Origin: Bacillota bacterium
GTDB taxonomy: Bacteria; Bacillota; DTU025
Reading direction: 5' to 3'
Length of the DNA stretch: 64,000 nucleotides
Assembly: GCA_050951805.1 (NCBI GenBank)
Contig: JBMNJT010000002.1
Location: 160,001-224,000 of the forward strand
Shown: one piece after another, positions 38,009 through 47,943 of the stretch
Position numbering within the stretch: the stretch's first letter is position 1
How the letters are laid out: each line of letters opens with the position of its first letter
Program-made: the position numbers and the translations under genes
Notes under the pieces: model-generated
Told to the model about the DNA's origin: nothing
What the model saw: only the letters and a program-made list of their open reading frames with translations
The model's database searches: none

Positions 38009-38923
38009 TCAGGGCTCGAGTAGCCGGTTGAGGTTGCCCTGGGAATAGCCGCCCAGATCGAGGGCGACGTATGTGAAACCCAGCTGTCTGAAGAATTCCG
38101 AGATGGATCTGGCGTGATCCACGATGCAGTGCATGAGTTCGGGTGTGACCTCCACCCGCGCCGTGTCGCCATGGTGGCGCACGCGAAGCTGTATATGGTC
38201 AGAATCTTTGGACAATAGCATCCGGATGAAATCTTCGGCCAACTGAACCTGGTCGAGCTTGGCCTGGGTGATCGTGTGACCGTAGGGTATCCGTGTAGCC
38301 AAGCACGGGCTGGCTGGCTTGTTCGCGGTCTCAAGATGCATCCTTCGGGAGAGTGTGCGGACTTCCTGCTTAGTCAACCCTGCGCCCCTCAGCGGACTTT
38401 CGATCCCCAGCTCTGTAAGGGCCGCCATGCCGGGGCGGTAGTCCGATGCATCATCAGCATTGGATCCGTCAATCACATAGGGTATCCCGCGTTGTTGGGC
38501 CAGGGAGAGCAGGGCTTCAAAGATGGCGCGCTTGCACGTATGGCATCGGTCGGAAGGGTTGCTCGCAAACCTGGGAATGCCTAGAAGATCGAGGTGGACA
38601 ACTTCGTGTTCAATGCCGAGCCCGTCTGCAAATCGCCGAGCTTGATCCAGTTCTGTTCTGCTGTGAACAGGGGAGGATATCGTTGCGGCAACCACTTTTC
38701 CTCTAAGCACCATGTGGGCAGTTGCGAGCAGGAACGCGCTGTCGGCCCCGCCGGAGAAGGCCACGAGCGCGCTCCCCATCTCAGCGAGTATGCTTTCTAA
38801 GTTGTCCAGCTTGGCCTCGAGGGCATTGCCAGAATCAGAGCTGCAATGGGGGCTGTAGTCGCGATGCGAGGGATGGGAAACGCAATTGCCCGGGCAGTGC
38901 CCTTTCGGCGCATGTTCAGGCAT
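38009..38923 (-). CDS. larE: ATP-dependent sulfur transferase
   Basis: PP-loop AFSGGADS, RCHTCK, DYRPG, PCLATRIPYG, LRVRHHG; RBS AAGGAGG. Confidence 0.95.
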   Translation of the reverse strand: MPEHAPKGHCPGNCVSHPSHRDYSPHCSSDSGNALEAKLDNLESILAEMGSALVAFSGGADSAFLLATAHMVLRGKVVAATISSPVHSRTELDQARRFADGLGIEHEVVHLDLLGIPRFASNPSDRCHTCKRAIFEALLSLAQQRGIPYVIDGSNADDASDYRPGMAALTELGIESPLRGAGLTKQEVRTLSRRMHLETANKPASPCLATRIPYGHTITQAKLDQVQLAEDFIRMLLSKDSDHIQLRVRHHGDTARVEVTPELMHCIVDHARSISEFFRQLGFTYVALDLGGYSQGNLNRLLEP

Positions 38924-39033
38924 CTGTCAGTGCCTCCTTTCCGGGTTGGGGCTTGGGGCCCCGTAAACCCCCTCGCAGGGAGCATCGTTGCCGTTCAGCC
39001 TGACAGATAGATCATGTAGGGCGCCGGCTGGTG

Positions 39034-39366
39034 CTATTCTGCATCCTTCCTGTGGACGATTCCAGCGACTTTGCTGGCATCCAGCACGAATGCAATTCCA
39101 GTCCCCGGTTTTTCCAGTTGTCCGGCAGCGACGACTGCTTCCATCACTGCATCAGTGCGGCTACGCGGGATGAGGGTCAAAACCACCTCTTTTTCGGGCT
39201 CAATCAGAATCCCGAAGAAGGTCTTCTGTTCATGCACCCCGGTGCCCCGTCCGTAGAGGATAGTGCCGCCTTCGGCGCCTGCGCGCCGAGACGCCTCAAC
39301 AACTTCGTCCGCCCAACCTTTATTGATTATCGTTACGATGAGGTCGTATTCTTCTGACACGCGCAT
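39034..39366 (-). CDS. P-II family (PII-like) regulatory protein
   Basis: AGAEGGTI..GRGTG, EPEKE, PGTGIAFV motifs typical of DUF1538-linked PII-like proteins. Confidence 0.9.
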   Translation of the reverse strand: MRVSEEYDLIVTIINKGWADEVVEASRRAGAEGGTILYGRGTGVHEQKTFFGILIEPEKEVVLTLIPRSRTDAVMEAVVAAGQLEKPGTGIAFVLDASKVAGIVHRKDAE

Positions 39367-40103
39367 TTCCTCCCGTCTTCTTTTTTCGAGTTCCTCTTAA
39401 AGATGAAGCTCATGCCCTCCACGGCGAGCGTGGAAGCGAGAGCGATCAAGCATACGAGACCAAAGCCTGCATTCATGGTGGGCCCTCCCAGTTTTTCGGC
39501 GGCGATTCCCAGGCCAAGCGACATAAGGAAGGTGACTGTCAACGGCCCTGTGGCCACGGCGCCTGAGTCAAAGGCGATAGCGGCAAAGGCCGGATCAACC
39601 CATTTGAGCAGAATGAGAGCTATAATGTAACCGGGTATGATTATCCATGTCAGTGCGATGCCGCGGGCGATAAAATAGTAGCCCAGTCCCACCAGCACAG
39701 CAACTCCGCTGGCCATTGTGCGGAGAAGGACCGATTCGCGTATAGACCCTGCCGAGGCCTTTTCCACTTCACCGCTGAGCACCCGGGCTGACGGTTCCGC
39801 GAGAACCACCAGAAGCCCTAAGATGAATCCCACAGGAAGAGCGTAAATAGGATTGGACAGCCCGCCTATTTTCGCGCCCAGCATTTTTCCGATAGGAAGG
39901 AATGCTATGTTCACTCCCTGCAGGAAAATGGAGAGCCCGATGAACGTCGATATCATTCCCACGACAACTTTGCGCATGAACGTGCGCGGCAGCTTCAAAA
40001 AGAAGGTTTGGAATATGAAGAATAGAATTGCCAGGGGAATCAGGGTCATGCCTACTTCCGCCATGACTGCGGGGAAGCCCTGAAAGACGATGATCTCGCC
40101 CAT
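39333..40103 (-). CDS. DUF1538 membrane protein
   Basis: FLQGV, AEP, AFDSGAVATGP.TV, GFGLV motifs; start coupled to the upstream stop (TGATG). Confidence 0.88.
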   Translation of the reverse strand: MGEIIVFQGFPAVMAEVGMTLIPLAILFFIFQTFFLKLPRTFMRKVVVGMISTFIGLSIFLQGVNIAFLPIGKMLGAKIGGLSNPIYALPVGFILGLLVVLAEPSARVLSGEVEKASAGSIRESVLLRTMASGVAVLVGLGYYFIARGIALTWIIIPGYIIALILLKWVDPAFAAIAFDSGAVATGPLTVTFLMSLGLGIAAEKLGGPTMNAGFGLVCLIALASTLAVEGMSFIFKRNSKKEDGRKCACQKNTTSS

Positions 40104-40795
40104 CAGATGAACACCCCCCAGATCATGAGGACCAGGATTGGCCCTAAAGTAGCCAAACCGACGAGTCCGAATCCGTCCGCCAGCGATTGCTTGCGCTGAA
40201 GAACTGATGCGGTGCCCAGTCCCAGCGATATGATGCATGGTACTGCCATCGGGCCAGTCGATACGCTGCCCGAGTCAAAGAAGAACGGTACCAATTCGGG
40301 TTTGGTGAAGAAGGACAGAATTATCGCTGTAGAATAGGCCCCTAGGAAAATGTATTTTATAGGAACGTTCAGAACTATCCGGAGTATGGCGACAGTTACC
40401 AGCAGGCCCATACCTGCGGAGATGAAAATCGCCAGAAAGTCGGAATTGATGCCCGCGTCCGGGAAGGACGCAACCTGCGACACAAGCACGTGCACCGAAG
40501 GATCTGCAATGGTGACACTGAATGTAAAGATAAAGGACGTGGCCACCAGCAGCGCCATTGAGCCATGGCGAGGCAGGTAGGCGCCGATCATCTCGCCCAT
40601 TGGCAACAGCGCGATTCGTGTGCCCCGCAGGAACAGAAAAAGCCCTACTGTAGTGAAAAATGCGCCGATAAGGAGCTGTATAAGGTTAGTCCATGAGAAG
40701 CCCAAGAAGATGATGCTCAGTACGGCCACTGCGATAGTGAGAGGCGCTACTGCTGCTACAACTTCTGCGATGGCTTCTTGGAGCGGAGTAGACAC
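40103..40795 (-). CDS. DUF1538 membrane protein
   Basis: TIADP, FDSGSVSTGPM.VP, DGFGLVGLA..GPI motifs; paralog of the adjacent gene. Confidence 0.88.
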   Translation of the reverse strand: MSTPLQEAIAEVVAAVAPLTIAVAVLSIIFLGFSWTNLIQLLIGAFFTTVGLFLFLRGTRIALLPMGEMIGAYLPRHGSMALLVATSFIFTFSVTIADPSVHVLVSQVASFPDAGINSDFLAIFISAGMGLLVTVAILRIVLNVPIKYIFLGAYSTAIILSFFTKPELVPFFFDSGSVSTGPMAVPCIISLGLGTASVLQRKQSLADGFGLVGLATLGPILVLMIWGVFI

Positions 40796-40953
40796 TGGGC
40801 AATCTCCTTTCCGAGTGTAATGAGTTTTGTTAGATGGGCTACTCCCCTATTATCGCATATATGAGAGCAAGGGGGAAATTCGGAGCTGTTCGCTTGCTCG
40901 AGGATGTCTTGGGGTTCCACCCGCCAGGGAGGCAACGTTCTGATGCAACGGCC

Positions 40954-41580
40954 TCAATCGAAATCCGTGGGCGCTTGGGGGTCAGCGTGAAGCTGAAAAA
41001 GGCGGCGGATTTCGTCTGGAGTCACGCGCGGTATGGAGAGATTGGGAATGCGACCTGATGGAAAGAACTCCACTGCATCAGTCTCCATGCCATCGGGGGA
41101 AGGCGTAGAGGGCTCCCCGATTATTTCACATTCGAAAAAGAGCTTGTAGATGTGATAAGGCGCTGGCGGATGCGGGTGCTTCCCCCGATCATATAAGGCC
41201 AGAAGCCTCGATGCCCGTACTCTGTAACCTGATTCCTCGAATACTTCGCGTTCCACGGCTTCGCTCGGAGACTCGCCTATTTCTGCCCATCCTCCAGGAA
41301 GAGTCCAGCACCCATCGGCCTTTTCTTTCACTAGGAGAATTGAGCTATCTGCGAATATGGCTCCCCGCACATCGATTTTCGGGGTGGCATACCCGGTTTC
41401 CAATGTGTAGATATCCCGGACTATCTCGGGATCGGCATGGGCTTGCTCACTCATCATCTCTGTGGCGATGGATCTGATAAGCTCGTATCTTTCGATATCG
41501 TAAGGGCCATGTGCATAAGAGAGCCCGTTCTGTGCGACCGCCTGAAGTCGAAGGCCCCATTTCAGCCACTTCGGGTCCAT
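40954..41580 (-). CDS. NUDIX hydrolase (ADP-ribose pyrophosphatase YjhB-like)
   Basis: N-terminal LQAVAQNGL..YDIERY, GYATPK.DVRG, Nudix box GG.AEIGESPSEAVEREVFEESG. Confidence 0.93.
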   Translation of the reverse strand: MDPKWLKWGLRLQAVAQNGLSYAHGPYDIERYELIRSIATEMMSEQAHADPEIVRDIYTLETGYATPKIDVRGAIFADSSILLVKEKADGCWTLPGGWAEIGESPSEAVEREVFEESGYRVRASRLLALYDRGKHPHPPAPYHIYKLFFECEIIGEPSTPSPDGMETDAVEFFPSGRIPNLSIPRVTPDEIRRLFQLHADPQAPTDFD

Positions 41581-41855
41581 GATTCGCTCCCCCTTCCCTT
41601 AACTTGCAAGTTCTCCGGATTGCCCGAGACTCCTGCCGGCATGTCTTCCCAAGTCATCTGCAACTGCCTGAAACATCGCCGAGTCTGCTATGGGGGATGG
41701 GCAGGAAACGCAGTAGGGCGGGAGGACTCATCGCTTAAACGTTAAAGGAATCTGACCGAATAATGGAGGATATGCGTATTGCGATGACGAATATCTCTCC
41801 TGTAAAGCCTGCATACAATGTAACTTTTACGATTAAGTAGATGTAGGGGGTCCCA

Positions 41856-44800
41856 ATGAGAAATCCTGACTTTCATCATGCGATGTCACGCCGGTACAAG
41901 ATGCTCGTTTTCGATTGGGACGGAACAGCGGTCACCTCCCGGCGGGGCCCTGTCGATCATCTCATATGGAGAACAGAGGCCTTGCTTGGCAGGGGCGTGT
42001 GGTTGGCTGCCGTCACAGGAACAAATTTCGTCAACCTTAACAGGCAGTTCTTTTCCCTTCTTAATCCGAAGGTGAAGACGAATCTGCTGGCGTGCGTGAA
42101 CAGAGGAGCAGAGGTATACGGCTTTGATTCTGAGGGACGCCCTGTTAGGCTATGGGCCCGGGAGGCAACGTGTGCGGAGAATACAATGATGGACCAGGCG
42201 GTCACCATGGCGCAGCGTGTTTTGAGAGAGCAGTACGGCCTTGCAACACGGATTATCTCCGACAGGATGAACAGGCGCAAGCTTGACATAATGCCCTTTC
42301 CCGAATGGGAAGACCCTCCGAAGGAGCGGATTGGGGAGCTTCTCGATGAAACCCAGGGGCGCTTGAGGATTGCAGGCCTTGAGGGAATCGAGTCGGTGAT
42401 AGACCTGGTGGGCCGTTGCTCTGAAGAGGTTGGGCTCGATGGCAGGATAACGAGTGATGTGAAACATGTCGAGCTTGGGCTCACAGACAAGGCTGATTCC
42501 GTAGATTACCTGGTCGAAGAGGTCGCAAAGACGCATGGCATAGAGGTGTCGGAGATTCTTTTCATAGGAGACGAATTCGGATCAATCGGCGGATGCACCG
42601 GCAGCGATTCGAAGATGATTACCCCCCAAACAGAATCGGCGAGTTTCATCAGCGTGGGACAGGAGCCGGAGGGCGTTCCGCCTGCCGTCTGTCACATGGG
42701 AGGCGGGATCGAGTCGTTCGCGAAGATACTCGAGGCCCAGATCGAGATGTGGAGGGACGATGAGGAGAACATGTTTGGTCGAGATAGACTCACAGACAGC
42801 CTGCTGCTTCTGCCTGCAGAGGACAATTGGGTCGCTTACGAGACATGCTGCGATGCCGAGACTGCTGCATCGTATGAGACGCTGTTTGCATTGACCAACG
42901 GTTATCTAAGTGTGAGGGGTGCCCATGAAGACGGTCTGTATCGGGGTAACGCGGGATCGTTTGTCGCAGGGGTCTTCGACAAGTCTTCGGGACCGTACGA
43001 TGTGACGGAACTTGTCGTGATTCAGGATCCTCTGCCCGTGGAGATTGTAGTGGACGGCGAGAGGGTCGGGAATGAAGGGGTCAGGGATTACCGCCGGGAA
43101 CTGGATATGCGCGGCGGGCTCCTGCGCCGTTTTTACAGATGGAGCGATGGCGCTGGACGGGTAGTGAGGGTAGAGAGTGAACGCTTTGTATCCTCCGTGG
43201 ATGAGCACTTGCTCTGTGCGAGGCTCTCCGTGACCATGGAGCGGGGGTCGGGGAGGGTATTGCTCCGATCCCGCCTGGACGGAAATGTATCCAATTCAGG
43301 CGCGGTTCACCTGAAGGTAGATTCAGTTGAGGCCCGGGGCGATGGAACGGCGGAGGTATGCACGGTGACTATGGAGTCGCAAGCAGGCATAGCCATGGCT
43401 TGCGCCCAGCAAGCAAGCTTCGTTGAGGCTCCGGGCAAAGCCCGTGGTGAGCCCGATGAGGCGCTTGGAACCCCCGTTTATCCCCGGCCTTTCTCAGGTG
43501 AGTCCGCCGCTGGCCACGATTTTGAGGTTCGGCTAGCAAAAGGTGATTCCATCGAAATTTGCAAGTTTGTAGCTGTGCATACCTCACGGGATGTGGCGTG
43601 GCGTGCCTGCAAAGCGCCGCCTGCGATGGATCAGTTGAGGACGGCAGCGCAGGCGAGTGTGGAGCAGGCTGCATCCCGCGGGTTTTCGGGGTGCAGACTA
43701 GAGCATCTGGAGGAATGGCGCAGACAGTGGGAACGCTGTGATATCCGTGTGGACGGACCGGATCGGGACCAGATGGCTGTGAGGTTTGCCGTGTATCACC
43801 TGGCGGCGATGGGGCCTCAGAGCGATGACAGGGTGAGCATTGCCGCCAAAGGGATCCATGGCGAAGGCTACAAGGGCCACGTCTTCTGGGATACAGAGAT
43901 CTTCATTCTTCCGTTCTATGTAGCCCAATTTCCCGATGTGGCCCGCCGGCTTCTAATGTACAGGTATCACACACTGCCCGGGGCCCGGCGAAAAGCTCGG
44001 GAGAAAGGGTATCGAGGGGCCATGTACGCCTGGGAAAGCGCAGATTCCGGCGATGAGACTACCCCGAAGTGGTCAGCCCCACATCCGGGGACAGGGGAGA
44101 GAGTTCGGATTTGGTGCGGAGAACTGGAGGACCATATCACCGCGGATGTGGCATATGCGGTATGGAATTACTGTCGATGGACCGGGGATCGGGGTTTCAT
44201 GAAGGAGCACGGGATGGAGATGATTGTGGAGGCCGCTCGGTTCTGGGCGAGCCGCGCCCAGTGGAATGAGGAGAAAAGCAGATACGAGATACTAGGTGTG
44301 ATCGGCCCGGACGAATTCCATGAGCACGTTAACAACAACGCCTTCACCAATTACATGGCTAGATGGACATTGCTTGCAGCTTTCCGGCTTGCCGAGGATT
44401 TTCCGATAAAGTGGGAAGCGCTACTTCGCCGACTCGGCATTAGCGAGGCCGAACTGGACGAGATGAGGAGAGTGACCAACCTTCTTTACCTTCCATTGCC
44501 GGATCCGGTTTCAGGAGTGATAGAGCAGTCTGAAGGATATCATGGTCTTGAGGACGTGGACTTAGCGGAACTGAAGGCAATTGCTGAGGATTCTGGAAAG
44601 TCCGTGGAAGAGAACTTTGGGCGCGAAAGGCTTATAGGGAGCAAGCTGATCAAACAGGCTGATGTGGTAATGCTGGGTCGCCTCTTGCCGGGCCTGTTCG
44701 GTGAGGATATTTGGAAGGCAAACTGGGACTACTACGAACCGCGAACCACTCACCTGTCGTCGCTCAGCGCGTCCGTCCATTCGACGTTTGCGTCGCATCT

Positions 44801-45233
44801 GGGCTTGCCTGAGGAGGCATATGCATACTTCGAGCGGTGCATCTCCATTGAGCTTGAGGATGAGAAGCGAAACCTTGAGGACGGGATACATGCTGCGAAC
44901 CTTGGGGGAATATGGCAGGCAGTAGTGCGCGGGTTTGCGGGGATACAGTTGCTGGATCCAGCTAGCCAGGATGGGTCCTGTTGTGGGCGCGGGAAAGAGG
45001 CTGACCCGGTCATATCCATCAATCCGCGTCTCCCGAAGACTTGGGACAGGTTGGAGATTCCGCTGGCGTGCCGGGGCAGGCACCTACGGGCGGTCATTAC
45101 TCCCTATCGCGCCGCTTTCGCCAATGAGACGCAGGATGCCGAGGCAGACGGGGGCGGGTCGGTGATCATTGAATGCGTCGGACAGAGGAAGCGGATCGCA
45201 CCGGGACAGAGCACCGAATTTGTCCTCGACTGA
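41856..45233 (+). CDS. Fusion of HAD-IIB-like phosphatase and GH65 glycoside phosphorylase
   Basis: N-terminal FDWDGT...TDK...IGDEF..GSD; GH65 motifs FALTNGYLSVRG, GEGYKGHVFWDTE, GPDEFHE, KQADV, HLSSLS. Confidence 0.9.
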   Translation: MRNPDFHHAMSRRYKMLVFDWDGTAVTSRRGPVDHLIWRTEALLGRGVWLAAVTGTNFVNLNRQFFSLLNPKVKTNLLACVNRGAEVYGFDSEGRPVRLWAREATCAENTMMDQAVTMAQRVLREQYGLATRIISDRMNRRKLDIMPFPEWEDPPKERIGELLDETQGRLRIAGLEGIESVIDLVGRCSEEVGLDGRITSDVKHVELGLTDKADSVDYLVEEVAKTHGIEVSEILFIGDEFGSIGGCTGSDSKMITPQTESASFISVGQEPEGVPPAVCHMGGGIESFAKILEAQIEMWRDDEENMFGRDRLTDSLLLLPAEDNWVAYETCCDAETAASYETLFALTNGYLSVRGAHEDGLYRGNAGSFVAGVFDKSSGPYDVTELVVIQDPLPVEIVVDGERVGNEGVRDYRRELDMRGGLLRRFYRWSDGAGRVVRVESERFVSSVDEHLLCARLSVTMERGSGRVLLRSRLDGNVSNSGAVHLKVDSVEARGDGTAEVCTVTMESQAGIAMACAQQASFVEAPGKARGEPDEALGTPVYPRPFSGESAAGHDFEVRLAKGDSIEICKFVAVHTSRDVAWRACKAPPAMDQLRTAAQASVEQAASRGFSGCRLEHLEEWRRQWERCDIRVDGPDRDQMAVRFAVYHLAAMGPQSDDRVSIAAKGIHGEGYKGHVFWDTEIFILPFYVAQFPDVARRLLMYRYHTLPGARRKAREKGYRGAMYAWESADSGDETTPKWSAPHPGTGERVRIWCGELEDHITADVAYAVWNYCRWTGDRGFMKEHGMEMIVEAARFWASRAQWNEEKSRYEILGVIGPDEFHEHVNNNAFTNYMARWTLLAAFRLAEDFPIKWEALLRRLGISEAELDEMRRVTNLLYLPLPDPVSGVIEQSEGYHGLEDVDLAELKAIAEDSGKSVEENFGRERLIGSKLIKQADVVMLGRLLPGLFGEDIWKANWDYYEPRTTHLSSLSASVHSTFASHLGLPEEAYAYFERCISIELEDEKRNLEDGIHAANLGGIWQAVVRGFAGIQLLDPASQDGSCCGRGKEADPVISINPRLPKTWDRLEIPLACRGRHLRAVITPYRAAFANETQDAEADGGGSVIIECVGQRKRIAPGQSTEFVLD

Positions 45234-45397
45234 ACGTCAGTTGAGCGAAGGCAGACAAGTCTATGCTATCCAAACTTTTGCACTTTCAAAAACAATGCCT
45301 AACTCACCGGTTGCGGATGTTGGGTTGGTTGACCACGGAGACTTTTGCAAGATCTCTCTGCCTTCGGCAAGGAACCCTTGGCAACATATATACAACT

Positions 45398-45893
45398 GAA
45401 ACTTCGAATTGACGAGGGCCCGGCGTGACGGAAGCGCCAGCCCGCGTTCGAGAACCCATTGCTGCGCCTCTGGAGATGTCAGCAACTCCAGCACTTTGAA
45501 AGCCTCGTCTTTATGCTTAGAGGCTGCGTTCATCGACCAAGACACTGTGAAAGTGAGGTTGCCGCGCTGGCCTGTTCCCGGGTATTTAGGCAGCAAAGTG
45601 GCACCGTAATTGAGGTTTGGGGATTCATCGCGGAGGAAGCCTACGATCCATGCTCCCTCAAAACAGCAGGCTACTTTCTCGACCGCCAGGGCCCCGCCGC
45701 CCCATCCTTGGCCGATATCTGCCGGCATTACACCGATGCCCTTTGCAGCAAGACCTGTATACCAGTTGAAAGCGTCGCGGAACTCCTTGCTGAGAATATC
45801 GGTTTTGCCGTTCTTGTCGAAGCTCCTGAAGCCGGTGGCGTATGCGAACGCGCCCATTCTTGCGAATTCAGGCGACAGGCAAACACCGTACAC
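45398..45893 (-). pseudogene. Internal fragment of a sugar ABC substrate-binding protein
   Basis: EGAW, SWSMNAASKHKDEAFKVLELLTSPEAQ motifs; no signal peptide or N-terminal half; homology lost after ...VNSKF. Boundaries approximate. Confidence 0.7.
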
Positions 45894-45913
45894 TCCCGGG
45901 AAGGCTGCCTGGC

Positions 45914-46465
45914 ACGCCCATGGCCATGAGGTCTGATGCCGCGAATACAGCGGTCATGTCCGGAGACCTGTCTATCATGGAAAGGAAGGCCTTTTTGCCT
46001 CCTTTGGCCGTGAAGTCGGCCTCGGCAACTAGCGAGGGATCGAATGGAATCTCCAGATCGTCCAGGGCGTTCCTGTAGCCTTGGAGCCGCTCGAGGCTGA
46101 CAGAGGCTTGTTTGTATCCATTGACGATACCGATCCTTCTGTGGCCTAGATCTGCCAGGTGCCTGATGGCGGAATGGACCGCTGACAGGTTGTCGCATCC
46201 CACTGAGAACGTCATGTCTCCGGCTAAGGGCATATCGATGGTGACTATCGGAATTGTCGATGTTGTAAGGTCTGCGAGCCATGGATCATCGGTGCGGAGT
46301 CCCATCAGAAATGCGCCCTCTACCATTCGTCGCCTGCAGAGGTCGAGGTAAGAAGAGTTCGTTGAGTCGGGCGGACGGTTCGCCTTGAACACCATCATGT
46401 CGTATCCTTCCTCGGCTTGTGCCGATGAATTCGGCACATCAGACAATAGATGCCGAAAAAACTGA
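45914..46465 (-). pseudogene. Fragment of a LacI-family regulator (no HTH, C-terminus truncated)
   Basis: DN...AIRHL.DLGHRRIG, ERLQGY, TAVFAASDLMAMG, then abrupt loss of homology. Boundaries approximate. Confidence 0.75.
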
Positions 46466-46597
46466 CCTGACGCCGTTTTCTTGGCCACTTGAGCCATTAA
46501 CCCCGTGCAGAGCGCACTAGTTTCAATGCATATTCGTTTTCCAACGTCCGGATTGACCAGCTCGTGTTCGTGCCCCTGAACAGCGGCAACGCAGCAG

Positions 46598-47941
46598 CTA
46601 AGTCCTACGACTGGACAAAAAGTTGTCATCATCCGGATCTTGCAGGTAGACGCGGTCGAACGCACGACTTTTCTGTGCCAGCTCAAACTGGCTATATGCG
46701 GCCTTTCTGCAGTCAGGGCATGCCTGCCACGGCACGAGCATCGCGGCAATCTGGGCGGTTCTTCCGGTAGAGGCATGAAGCGCATGAGAGAAGACGGCTC
46801 TCCACCCGCTGCATGAGGGGCACAGCCTTATCTGCTCGCGTTGCTGTTCGACTATGTTGTCGGTGTCGTAGTAGATGCGGCGGCCGCGTTCGAAATACTC
46901 TCCTTTGCCAAAGATCGCGCCGATGTCGGCCTCTTCTCGGTCAGCCCACATCTCCTGCAATGTGCCTGTGAGGCGGTGAATCTCTTCAGTTACCCGCTGC
47001 GGCTGCCTCGCGATTTCGGGATCCCAGTCGGGCTCGCGTACGGCTGAGTAATCGAGGCCCGCCAGAGCCAGCAGAATTCCGACGTTCACGTATGGCAGTG
47101 CGCCTTCGATGGAGTATCCTCCTTCAAGCACTACGATATCCGGGGCCAAGAGATCGGTGAGCCGGGCATAGCCGAAGGCGGTGAAGTTCATATTGGTCAA
47201 CGGATCGGTATAGTGGTTGTCCTGCCCTGCGGCGTTGACGATCACGTCCGGCTCGAAGTCCTTGAGTATGGGAAGAACCAGGTTCTCGAGGACATACAGT
47301 ATTCCCTCGTCCCCGGTTCCGGGAGGCAGGGGCACGTTCACCGTCATGCCGTAGGCTCGAGGGCCGCCTCTTTCGTCGATGAACCCGGTGCCGGGGTAGA
47401 GGGTTCGTCCATCCTGATGCAAGCAGATATGGAGAACGCCTGGGTCGTTGTAGTAGATGTCTTGCGTGCCGTCGGCGTGGTGGGCGTCGGTGTCGACTAT
47501 GGCGATGCGCATCTTGGGGCCATGGGTGCGGCGTATGTGCTCTACCATTATGGCTTCGTTATTGATGTTGCAGAATCCCCGTGAGCCGTGGACGATTCTC
47601 ATGGCATGGTGCCCTGGCGGTCGCACTAGCGCAAAGGCACGATCCACCTCTCCCCTCAGCACTAGGTCGGCTGCGAGCATGGCGCCGCCTGCAGCGATTC
47701 TGTGGGACTCAGTTATCACCCGGTTCACAGTTGGGACACACACATGCGCCCGCAGAATATCGGTATCTGTCGCGATCGCAGGACGGTATTCTTCCACTCC
47801 GGGCACATCCAGGAGGCCCTCTTCGATGATCTGGTCGCGGGTATAGAGGAGTCGCTCCTCGCGTTCGGGATGGTCCGGAGTTATTGCCCAGTCGAAGGCG
47901 GGGAAGAAGATCAGTCCTACACGAGTTTTGCGCTGTTCCAT
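46598..47941 (-). CDS. Histone-deacetylase-superfamily amidohydrolase with C-terminal Cys-rich extension
   Basis: HPE..ERL, RPPGHHA, GFC, D.DAHH.DGTQD, YPGTG, AGQD, LEGGY; C-terminal CPSC...CPDC. Confidence 0.92.
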   Translation of the reverse strand: MEQRKTRVGLIFFPAFDWAITPDHPEREERLLYTRDQIIEEGLLDVPGVEEYRPAIATDTDILRAHVCVPTVNRVITESHRIAAGGAMLAADLVLRGEVDRAFALVRPPGHHAMRIVHGSRGFCNINNEAIMVEHIRRTHGPKMRIAIVDTDAHHADGTQDIYYNDPGVLHICLHQDGRTLYPGTGFIDERGGPRAYGMTVNVPLPPGTGDEGILYVLENLVLPILKDFEPDVIVNAAGQDNHYTDPLTNMNFTAFGYARLTDLLAPDIVVLEGGYSIEGALPYVNVGILLALAGLDYSAVREPDWDPEIARQPQRVTEEIHRLTGTLQEMWADREEADIGAIFGKGEYFERGRRIYYDTDNIVEQQREQIRLCPSCSGWRAVFSHALHASTGRTAQIAAMLVPWQACPDCRKAAYSQFELAQKSRAFDRVYLQDPDDDNFLSSRRT

Positions 47942-47943
47942 TT

